A stretch of 64,000 nucleotides of DNA, taken from positions 707,829-771,828 of the forward strand of contig CAYJQI010000001.1 in the NCBI GenBank assembly GCA_964372485.1, written 5' to 3'. Below, piece after piece: positions 8,700 to 16,253 of the stretch. The notes beneath the pieces are model-generated. The model was not told the origin of the DNA and searched no databases. It saw only the letters and a program-made list of their open reading frames with translations. Source of the DNA: an uncultured archaeon. Lineage in GTDB: Archaea > Aenigmatarchaeota > Aenigmatarchaeia > CG10238-14 > SCSR01. Position 1 is the stretch's first letter; each line of letters begins with the position of its first letter. The position numbers were made by a program, and so were the translations under genes.

Positions 8700-8770
8700 A
8701 GCCCAGGACGAGAGTCGAACTCGTTTACGTCGCTCTGCAGGCGACTGCATAGCCGTTCTGCCACCTGGGC
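8700..8770 (-). tRNA. tRNA-Cys (GCA)
   Basis: Hand-folded cloverleaf. The acceptor pairs GCCCAGG with CCTGGGC. The anticodon stem pairs GTCGC with GCGAC around loop CTGCAGA, giving anticodon GCA. The T-arm is ACGAG-TTCGACT-CTCGT. The discriminator is U (CysRS identity element). CCA is not encoded. Confidence 0.9.
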
Positions 8771-9033
8771 ATAGTTATATTATAGATTGAATTTATAAAA
8801 TCTTAAGGTGATTTAGTTTTAGCTCAGTAGTTATTGCACTAATCCTTGTTTTAACTGGTTGTATAGCGTTTTATTTAATTTTTTCAGTTGCTCAAAAGTC
8901 TGTAGAAACACCAAGTAATTTTTCTTCGGTACAAACAGTTAACGAATCTATAGACAACGTTAGTACAATCGCAAAATTATGCACACGTTCTAATCCAATC
9001 ATTGAAATTTCTTTATCAGCTCCACATGAGTAT

Positions 9034-10020
9034 ATGGGAATGAAATATACTATTGTTGTAAAAAATAACGACAAGAATTGTGGCATAGAAACATTTAGCT
9101 TACTTGATTCTTGCCCAGAGGGATTTTTATGTTCTTTCGATGATTCAAAATTGGTTTTAAGATCAGGTGAATCTGAAAAAATATCATTTATTCTCAATCC
9201 GATTAATCCAAAATCAACAACATCTACTGATCATTCATTCTCGATAACTGTAGAAAATGATATTGATAATGAATATAGTTCTGCCACTACGGATAGTTAC
9301 AGAACTTTTAATAATTTGGTGCAGCCAATAATATTTTTTACGAAAAATTATTCGGTCGATAACCAACTTGTTGATTTTTTTGAATCTAAAATTTTCGAAA
9401 TAAGAAAGTTTTATTTTGATAACAATAATAACAAAACGTTTCAATCTTTACCTCTTTCGATAGTTGAAGGAGATAATCTTAACGAGTTTTATTGGTGCCA
9501 TAATGCCGGTAAATGTGAACTCAATCATCAATTTGAAGGAAACATCATAAACGAGTTGCAAACAAAAGGATACCCTGTTCATCCCGATTGGAATCAATTT
9601 CCTGGAAATAGAGCTGTATGGGTTCTGGCTATAGGTGGGGGAGGATATGCAGGTGGTCGATCTTACCCAACTGGAGGTGGATTTTCTATGGTAGGTGATG
9701 CTGCAATATATGGGACGTTAGATAATAGTTGTGAAAGAGTAAAAGACAAATATTTCTTGACAAACACTCATCCCAATGCCATCGACTACTGCCAAAATAC
9801 ATGGCTACCTAGTGGAAAAATATATGGTTATGCGGTCGGTGCACTTGCACATGAACTAGGACACTCATTTCAGTTAGGTCATCCGGATAGTTATGGATAT
9901 GTGGATGGAAGTGTACAATGGTCTCAAACCGTCTTGGGTGAACACTGGCATTATCCAAATGTTGGACTTTTGGATGAAGATAGAAATATTCTAGCCACAA
10001 ATAAATTTTTTGTAAATTAA
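9034..10020 (+). CDS. Secreted zinc metalloprotease-like protein (HExxH...H)
   Basis: Motif ALAHELGHSFQLGHPD (HExxHxxxxxH). An N-terminal beta-sandwich-like segment is present. The upstream in-frame sequence encodes a hydrophobic anchor. Confidence 0.6.
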   Translation: MGMKYTIVVKNNDKNCGIETFSLLDSCPEGFLCSFDDSKLVLRSGESEKISFILNPINPKSTTSTDHSFSITVENDIDNEYSSATTDSYRTFNNLVQPIIFFTKNYSVDNQLVDFFESKIFEIRKFYFDNNNNKTFQSLPLSIVEGDNLNEFYWCHNAGKCELNHQFEGNIINELQTKGYPVHPDWNQFPGNRAVWVLAIGGGGYAGGRSYPTGGGFSMVGDAAIYGTLDNSCERVKDKYFLTNTHPNAIDYCQNTWLPSGKIYGYAVGALAHELGHSFQLGHPDSYGYVDGSVQWSQTVLGEHWHYPNVGLLDEDRNILATNKFFVN

Positions 10021-10302
10021 CTATTTTTTCTTCAATGCAGGTACTTCAATAACTTTGTTACATTTAGAACAGTTGAATTCAGGTCTGTCGAATTTCTTGC
10101 TAGTTTTACCTGATTTGGTTGTGCCCTTTCCCATAGAGATTGACTTGATTTCATAAAAACTGCAATGAGGGCACACATATTCAACTTCAGCATCTTGATT
10201 TGGTTGTTTACCAATCACCAGATCTGATCTGTTTGTGAAAAATTCTAAATTACTAGGTCTTATTCCAGCTTCCTTCCATTTCTGAATAAGTTTACTCTCC
10301 AT
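10021..10302 (-). CDS. Zinc-ribbon protein, unknown function
   Basis: CPHC...CSKC four-Cys arrangement and a Lys-rich linker. Confidence 0.45.
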   Translation of the reverse strand: MESKLIQKWKEAGIRPSNLEFFTNRSDLVIGKQPNQDAEVEYVCPHCSFYEIKSISMGKGTTKSGKTSKKFDRPEFNCSKCNKVIEVPALKKK

Positions 10303-10306
10303 GAAA

Positions 10307-10480
10307 TCACACTATTGGTTTACGTTTAGCTCTAAGATCATGTGAACCACATTTTCTACATTTAACTTTTCCAGCTCTTACCTTGGCAGAATCTGCCCTT
10401 ATTTTACTTGAACAATTTCTGCAAACAAACACTCTAGTGTATAATCGAGCCATCGCTTCAGGGAAAAGTTTCTTTACCAT
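10307..10480 (-). CDS. rpl40e: Ribosomal protein eL40 (L40e); not in the ORF track because it is only 57 aa
   Basis: My translation of the reverse strand is MVKKLFPEAMARLYTRVFVCRNCSSKIRADSAKVRAGKVKCRKCGSHDLRAKRKPIV. This is the eL40 C4 zinc-ribbon pattern (iCrkC.a.n......kCRkCg...LR.K). Confidence 0.85.
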   Translation of the reverse strand: MVKKLFPEAMARLYTRVFVCRNCSSKIRADSAKVRAGKVKCRKCGSHDLRAKRKPIV

Positions 10481-10538
10481 AACTCTATAATTTAGGTGTT
10501 AGCTTTAAATATTGTTGTTCTTCATTTAGTTTTTAACC

Positions 10539-11120
10539 ATGTTTAAGACTGAAGTGAGAATTCTTGGATTCGATGACTCTCCATTCAAAAGAGAGGATAA
10601 AAAAGTATCCGTTATTGGTGTGATTTATCGTGGGGGAAATTATTTAGATGTTGTTCTAAAGACAGATGTTCAAGTGGATGGATTGGATGCAACGGAAAAA
10701 TTGGTAGAATTGATAAATTCATCCCGACACAAACCACAATTGAAGATTTTGATGTTCGATGGAATAACTTTGGGTGGATTTAATGTTATTGATATAGCAG
10801 ATTTGAATGAAAGAACTGGGTTACCGGTCATTGTTATAAATAGGAAACTTCCTAACATAGATTCTGTGAAAGACGCATTAGAAAAGAATTTCTCTGACTT
10901 TGAAGAACGATGGAAAATGATTTCAAATGCCGGAAAAATAAAAGTTTGTGAACTGAAAGATGAGAAAAAGATTTATTATCAGGTGATTGGAATGGCAGAT
11001 AAAGAAGCAGAAGAGGTAATTAGGCTAAGTTCAACACACAGCAATATACCCGAACCATTGCGAATTGCACACTTGATTGCAGGGGCTCTAGTAAAAGGAG
11101 AGAGTGGTGGAAGAGCATGA
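10539..11120 (+). CDS. DUF99/UPF0215 family protein (endonuclease V-like fold)
   Basis: RILGFDDSPF...VIGVIYRGGNYLDVVL...DGLDAT...LKILMFDGITLGGFNVIDI is characteristic of archaeal DUF99. Confidence 0.7.
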   Translation: MFKTEVRILGFDDSPFKREDKKVSVIGVIYRGGNYLDVVLKTDVQVDGLDATEKLVELINSSRHKPQLKILMFDGITLGGFNVIDIADLNERTGLPVIVINRKLPNIDSVKDALEKNFSDFEERWKMISNAGKIKVCELKDEKKIYYQVIGMADKEAEEVIRLSSTHSNIPEPLRIAHLIAGALVKGESGGRA

Positions 11121-11635
11121 GGATTTTACCAAAATCATTGACTGATACATGGTGGGGAAATATTTTATTGGGATTTGCAGCAGCTGTAATTTTTTATTAT
11201 GTTATACTATCAACATTTCTTTCCAGTAATACACCTGTAGTTGCAGTTGTGAGTGACTCGATGAAACATACAAATCCTGAAGTTACACATTATGGATGGT
11301 TGGAAACGAATTTAGGATATAATCGAACTTATGTTAAATCATGGCCAGTTTCTAAAGGATTCAGTACAGGTGATATGCCGGTAATTAGAGGAAGTGAAAA
11401 TTACAAAGTTGGAGATGTGATTGTGTATTCAGTAGAGGGAATTGGTGCACCGATAATACATCGAATAATAAAAATCAACGAAGACGGTTCATATCAGACT
11501 AAAGGGGATAATAATGATGGACAACTTCCCTACGAAAAAAGTGTAGCGGCTGGCCAGATAAAGGGAAAAGTAATCTTTATAATACCTAAAATTGGTTATT
11601 TTAAGGTACTAATTAACCGGATATTTGGTGTATAA
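11117..11635 (+). CDS. Archaeal/eukaryal-type signal peptidase I (Sec11-like, S26B)
   Basis: N-terminal TM segment, catalytic SDSM box, IHRII (His box) and TKGDNN box. Confidence 0.85.
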   Translation: MRILPKSLTDTWWGNILLGFAAAVIFYYVILSTFLSSNTPVVAVVSDSMKHTNPEVTHYGWLETNLGYNRTYVKSWPVSKGFSTGDMPVIRGSENYKVGDVIVYSVEGIGAPIIHRIIKINEDGSYQTKGDNNDGQLPYEKSVAAGQIKGKVIFIIPKIGYFKVLINRIFGV

Positions 11636-11965
11636 ATGAGATTCTGTGAAAAATGTGGAAATTTACTGATAGTGGAAAAGAAAAGGAAGAATTCTTATCT
11701 AGTGTGCAGAAAGTGCCATCGTGTTTATAAAACGAAAGGTGAAAAATTCAGAATTTCTTCTGCAGTTGGAGAAGGAAAGAAAAAAGTCATTGTAATGACT
11801 GAAAAAGATCAATTTGCTGAACTACCAAAAACCAAGATACTTTGTTCTAAATGTGAGAACATGGAAGCGTATTGGTGGATGCAACAAACAAGATCAGCAG
11901 ACGAGCCACCAACAATGTTTTATAGATGTACTAAATGTGGAAATAGTTGGAGAAGTTATAGCTAA
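11636..11965 (+). CDS. tfs: Transcription factor S (TFS; RpoM/TFIIS-like)
   Basis: N-terminal zinc ribbon CEKCGN...CRKC. C-terminal ribbon CSKC...QTRSADEPPTMFYRCTKCGNSW with the acidic DE hairpin. Confidence 0.92.
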   Translation: MRFCEKCGNLLIVEKKRKNSYLVCRKCHRVYKTKGEKFRISSAVGEGKKKVIVMTEKDQFAELPKTKILCSKCENMEAYWWMQQTRSADEPPTMFYRCTKCGNSWRSYS

Positions 11966-11995
11966 TATTTAAGTTTTTATTTAGAACTAAATCTT

Positions 11996-12289
11996 GTGCC
12001 ATCGTTTAGATATATTCCAAAGAAAGTTTCTGAAGTCAATCCCTCTGATTTGAAAGTAGTGTTAGTTGGGAATGTTATTTCTACAGCAGAGAATTCCATT
12101 GTTCTTGGAGATGAGACGGGAAAGATTGAAATTAGTTCAGATCGCATGATGGGAAAAAATAAACTAATTCGTGTGTTTTGTTCGGTGGTAGAAGAGAAAT
12201 TGAAGGCGGATGTTGTCCAAGATATGGAAGGTCTGGATTTGGATCTATTTAAAAAGATTAATGAGCTATATAGTAAAGCAGGTGTGTAA
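11996..12289 (+). CDS. Small OB-fold-like protein (possible RPA small-subunit analogue)
   Basis: 97 aa with a GTG start. The beta-rich pattern VVLVGNVISTAENSIVLGDETGKIEISSD...IRVFCSVVE is followed by a C-terminal helix. It is translationally coupled to pcn (the stop overlaps the pcn start). Confidence 0.35.
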   Translation: MPSFRYIPKKVSEVNPSDLKVVLVGNVISTAENSIVLGDETGKIEISSDRMMGKNKLIRVFCSVVEEKLKADVVQDMEGLDLDLFKKINELYSKAGV

Positions 12290-13035
12290 TGTTCAACGCA
12301 AAGTTATCTGATCCTAGATTGCTTGTGAATGCAGTCTCAACTATCGGCGAGTTGATTGATGAAGGTGTGTTTAATCTTACTAAGGAGGGAATTTCATTTA
12401 TAGCTGCGGACAGAGCGATGGTTTCTGTTGTGGATTTCAAAATGTCTGCGAGTACGTTTGATGAGTTTAATATTGATACCGATCAAAGAATCGGATTGAA
12501 TATCACAAATCTTTTGTCGGTTTTGAAACGAGTTGGGGTGGATGATAAGATGTTTTTGAGTTTGGAAAATTCCAAATTGGAAATAAGATTGGAAGGTAAA
12601 TCCAAAAGAAAATTTGTTGTGCCATTGCTTGATGTAAGTCAGGAGGAAATACCACCAATTGGCCAATTGGAATTTCCGGCAAGTGTAGAAATCAAACCAC
12701 ATATACTGGAATCTGGAATAGAAGATGCAGATATAATTTCAGATGCTGTTTTGTTTGAAATGATGAAGGATAAATTTATTATTCGAGCTGAAGGGGATGT
12801 GAGTAAAGCTGAATTAGAGATTGAGCGAGGAAATGAAAGTTTGTTGAAATTAGAAACAAGTAGTGAAGTCAAGTCAAGATATCCCATAGAATATTTGAAA
12901 AAAATGGTAAAGGCTGCGAAGATTGCAGATAGTGCAACTTTAAGAGTTGGACAAGATTATCCGATGAAATTAGAATTCAAAGCTGGGGATAAGGCTAGTA
13001 TGTCATTTATCCTCGCACCCCGAGTGGCCGACTAG
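12289..13035 (+). CDS. pcn: DNA polymerase sliding clamp PCNA
   Basis: Full-length similarity to archaeal PCNA (F.A.l.d...l......i..lvde..f....eGi...amD..hvalv...l....F.ey pattern). 248 aa. Confidence 0.93.
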   Translation: MFNAKLSDPRLLVNAVSTIGELIDEGVFNLTKEGISFIAADRAMVSVVDFKMSASTFDEFNIDTDQRIGLNITNLLSVLKRVGVDDKMFLSLENSKLEIRLEGKSKRKFVVPLLDVSQEEIPPIGQLEFPASVEIKPHILESGIEDADIISDAVLFEMMKDKFIIRAEGDVSKAELEIERGNESLLKLETSSEVKSRYPIEYLKKMVKAAKIADSATLRVGQDYPMKLEFKAGDKASMSFILAPRVAD

Positions 13036-13135
13036 AATTAATTTAAGATGTGGAATTTAAGGAAAGAGTTTTATTTTATTCCAAAAAGTATTATAGATCA
13101 TTGGATTTATCCTAAAATTCATGAGAGCAAGACAT

Positions 13136-13462
13136 TTAACCCGCACCCTCAGCTACGCCAACGCCTTGAGTGATATCTACATTATAAGTTTTTGGTCCTT
13201 CTTGAGGAGCTTGTGGAGGTGTGGTTGGAGTATTGTAAGGAGAACTATATGGTGTTACATATGGAGTACTATAAGGTGTAGTGTAAGGCGTTTCGTAAGG
13301 GGTTGTATATGATGGTGTTGAATAAACAGATGGGGGAGGTACCCCTCCTGTAGATTCTGGTGTAGGTGATGGTACTTCAGGATTTTCATTTTCAACAGCC
13401 CTGAAAGTACATCCAGATAAAATAACAAATGAAATGATTGAAAAAATTAGAAGTGGTTTCAT
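13136..13462 (-). CDS. Putative lipoprotein with a Thr-Pro-Tyr tetrapeptide repeat tract
   Basis: Signal peptide ending in the lipobox-like ILSGC, followed by STPSYTTPYETPYTTPYSTPYVTPYSSPYNTPTTPP. Confidence 0.6.
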   Translation of the reverse strand: MKPLLIFSIISFVILSGCTFRAVENENPEVPSPTPESTGGVPPPSVYSTPSYTTPYETPYTTPYSTPYVTPYSSPYNTPTTPPQAPQEGPKTYNVDITQGVGVAEGAG

Positions 13463-13493
13463 ATTAGTGAATTCATTTTCAATTATTTAAATT

Positions 13494-13973
13494 TCAACTA
13501 ATGAGGACGTATTCTATAACAGCCCCTATAAAAATCAATGCGGTAGCTAAGAAAAATAATACATTATATTTTAGTTTAGTTTTTATCTTGAACACTTTTC
13601 TCTCTATAAAGGTTATTCCAATCAAAGACATCAGCACACTTCCTATCAGCTCCAAACTTCCGAGGATTATTATGAATATCAACGTGTATAATGCATTTTG
13701 TGAGTTGAGATAGCTCGATGCAATTGAAAAAGTATGGAAATTGAAATACAAACCAGACAATCCTGCTGTAAACATTTCTGTCACTGAAAGTATAAAATTA
13801 TTCTGGAATATTTTCAGAGCGCTAGTACCTTCGTCTGGTACACCTATAGATTCTTCACAACATAGGAAATAATCAGTATCAATCACACCATTTATAATTC
13901 CAGCTATTAGGCTGCCTAGAAAAATACATATGTAAATTTTTTCATACTTGGTAAGATTCTTTAATAGCTTCAT
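13494..13973 (-). CDS. SpoIIM/DUF95-like integral membrane protein
   Basis: Four to five TM helices. IFQNNFILSVTEMFTAGLSGLYFNFHTFSIASSYL resembles the SpoIIM family core. Confidence 0.5.
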   Translation of the reverse strand: MKLLKNLTKYEKIYICIFLGSLIAGIINGVIDTDYFLCCEESIGVPDEGTSALKIFQNNFILSVTEMFTAGLSGLYFNFHTFSIASSYLNSQNALYTLIFIIILGSLELIGSVLMSLIGITFIERKVFKIKTKLKYNVLFFLATALIFIGAVIEYVLIS

Positions 13974-14021
13974 TTTAATCGTATAATGGGACAGTTCATT
14001 CAGTATGATAATAGTAATTTA

Positions 14022-14966
14022 CTAACGTTCGCGCAATTTTTCCTCCAATTTTGCTTTAACTCTTTCCATTATTTCACGTCGAGACTCTTCAGTTATTTCT
14101 TCTATCAATTTTTCATTCACTTTACTTATGTCAGAAACATCTTTCTGGGTCATTTGTTTGTTTGCCTGCATAACTGGTGCATGTTCTTTAGACGGAGCTT
14201 TGCGAAGAGTAAATAATGTTTTCATGCGTCCTAAGAAATTCGGTTTGTTATATTTCTCGTTAACTAAAGTTCCGGCTAATTTCTTAAATTCAATGCTGGA
14301 TTTGGAATTTGGATAAGAAGCTACGACAGGCAATCCTTTTACCACACTATCTGGTATTTTTGAATCTTCTGGTATAACTGCGATGATATTATAGTTAGAT
14401 GTAGAAGTTATCTCTTGAGGGGTTAATTCATATTTGGCATGTTTGTATCTGTTGATGACTAGACCCAATATATTTTTCTTGAATTTTTTCAAAAGTTCTA
14501 TTGTTTTCATTGCATCGGTTATTGATACGATATCGGCCGTACTTATTACAATCGCGTCATCAATGTGTTTCATTGGTATGATAACTTCTTTGCCTAATCC
14601 TGGAGCACAGTCCATGACAATGATATCGTAGCTTTTATCCATATGTTTGACAAGACTGTGCATTTTTGAATTTGTTAGATCTATGGTTTGTCCGCTTAAT
14701 GGAGCCGGTAATACACGCATACCTGTTGATGGGTGGATGTATGTCGCATGCATTGCAAGCGATTGTCTTTTCAGAACATCTTTCAATGTTACAGGTGGGT
14801 CTTCATACAAGCTCAAGTGCAAGCCCAAATGTGAGCTGTGTATATTTGTATCTAAAACTAGGACATTTTTATGAAAATCGTTTGATAGGGAAGCTCCTAA
14901 ATTTGCCACAAGAGTCGTCTTTCCCACGCCCCCTTTTCCGGAAAATACACCGATCACTCTAGACAA
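14022..14966 (-). CDS. MinD/ParA-family P-loop ATPase (archaeal MinD-like) with a charged C-terminal tail
   Basis: Deviant Walker A GVFSGKGGVGKTT and Walker B IIVMDCAPG. The charged tail is about 70 aa. Confidence 0.85.
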   Translation of the reverse strand: MSRVIGVFSGKGGVGKTTLVANLGASLSNDFHKNVLVLDTNIHSSHLGLHLSLYEDPPVTLKDVLKRQSLAMHATYIHPSTGMRVLPAPLSGQTIDLTNSKMHSLVKHMDKSYDIIVMDCAPGLGKEVIIPMKHIDDAIVISTADIVSITDAMKTIELLKKFKKNILGLVINRYKHAKYELTPQEITSTSNYNIIAVIPEDSKIPDSVVKGLPVVASYPNSKSSIEFKKLAGTLVNEKYNKPNFLGRMKTLFTLRKAPSKEHAPVMQANKQMTQKDVSDISKVNEKLIEEITEESRREIMERVKAKLEEKLRER

Positions 14967-15005
14967 TTTCTCACTAATAGAATTTGGGATTTCTAATAAA
15001 AGTAG

Positions 15006-16253
15006 TTATCGTTTGGATTTTATCTTTTCCCTGATTTTCTCAAGCATGTCTACTCTGCTTTTTATCATCGTATTTTGCTTGTACGTTGATCGGTCTTTAA
15101 CTCTTTGTCGTATTTTTATCAGAACGAATATTAAAGCTGGCACACTAAGTGAAATTAAGACATATTTTATAATATTAAAGGCATTACTATCCACTATAGG
15201 TGTCAATACCGCCAACGGCGTAACTTCCAATGTAGATATTTGCCTTTCTAAAACTTCTTCGGCTGCGGCTGTCATTCGGATTTCGTATATTTTTGGCTCT
15301 GCATCTGTTGGAATTGTTATATTAGCTACAAAAACAACTTTCTGATTAGGCGATACTTCGAGTATTGAAGAGGGTGTAGATTTTTGCCATTCTAGAGGTA
15401 TTCTCTGGATAACAAATTTCAAATCGGTTATCTTCTGATTTCCGACGTTGGTCACTTCCACCGGGAAACTGAAACTTTCTCCTGGCTTCAATGTTATTTT
15501 TTCTGGGGCATCTACTGTCAAGTGGATGAAGGAACTGTTTACAAAAAATTGACTGATTGAAGATACCCAAGTTCTATTAAACACTATGATACTGGCTTGA
15601 ACTGTATACAATCCTTCCTGATCACATGTTTGTAAACTTAGAAGCCGTTCCGAATGTTCTTCCGCAGGCATAAAAATAGTCAGGCTCTGTGTGAGAACTT
15701 TATCTGGACAATTTACAGATACTTGGATTTCTATGTCAGAACCTTTAATGCCCATATTTTCCAAAATTACTTTTGTCGGTAATAGAAGACCAGGACGTAC
15801 CCGTGATGTCAGCGGTTCTACTATTATATCGAATGGGCCAAGAGTGCTTACAGAATTAAAATTAAGCAATGATGTATCGAATAGTTCGAACTTTACTTTA
15901 TCGTAAAGTTTGACTACAATTTCATGCTCTCCTATATCTTGAGGTGTAAATTTAGGCGTAAGAAATAGTCCTTTCTCTTTATCGAGATTAAAAGTAAATT
16001 CTTCATCACTAATAATTTTTCCTTCTTTGATGATTTGCACTTGTAATAAATAACCCCGTGATACATTGCTTGGATTTTCAACGCCAATTGAGAGAGTAAG
16101 ATCTTCCAAAGCAACAGGTTCTTCTGGGGAATATGTTAGATGATATATTTCTCCATTATTATCCGCAAATGCAGGTGATAACATCAACAATAGTGAGAAG
16201 AATAATGGCCAAATAATTTTCATGATTATTCTTTGGGTTTCCATATTATTCAC
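15006..16253 (-). CDS. Secreted, C-terminally anchored surface protein with NEW3/COG1470-like beta-sandwich domains
   Basis: Signal peptide. It has a repeated module of the P.eW.....p..l.v.p.....v...i.iP.da..g.Y.i type (IPLEWQKSTPSSILEVSPNQKVVFVANITIPTDAEPKIYEI). C-terminal TM segment plus a basic tail. Confidence 0.7.
   Translation of the reverse strand: MNNMETQRIIMKIIWPLFFSLLLMLSPAFADNNGEIYHLTYSPEEPVALEDLTLSIGVENPSNVSRGYLLQVQIIKEGKIISDEEFTFNLDKEKGLFLTPKFTPQDIGEHEIVVKLYDKVKFELFDTSLLNFNSVSTLGPFDIIVEPLTSRVRPGLLLPTKVILENMGIKGSDIEIQVSVNCPDKVLTQSLTIFMPAEEHSERLLSLQTCDQEGLYTVQASIIVFNRTWVSSISQFFVNSSFIHLTVDAPEKITLKPGESFSFPVEVTNVGNQKITDLKFVIQRIPLEWQKSTPSSILEVSPNQKVVFVANITIPTDAEPKIYEIRMTAAAEEVLERQISTLEVTPLAVLTPIVDSNAFNIIKYVLISLSVPALIFVLIKIRQRVKDRSTYKQNTMIKSRVDMLEKIREKIKSKR

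Noticed and set aside
8892-9197. 101-aa minus-strand ORF between tRNA-Cys and the metalloprotease
   Set aside because: It overlaps the metalloprotease 5' region and its in-frame signal-anchor sequence on the plus strand. It has a TTG start and no motif.
12394-12887. Minus-strand ORFs 12394..12702 and 12639..12887 inside pcn
   Set aside because: They are antisense to a clearly conserved PCNA.
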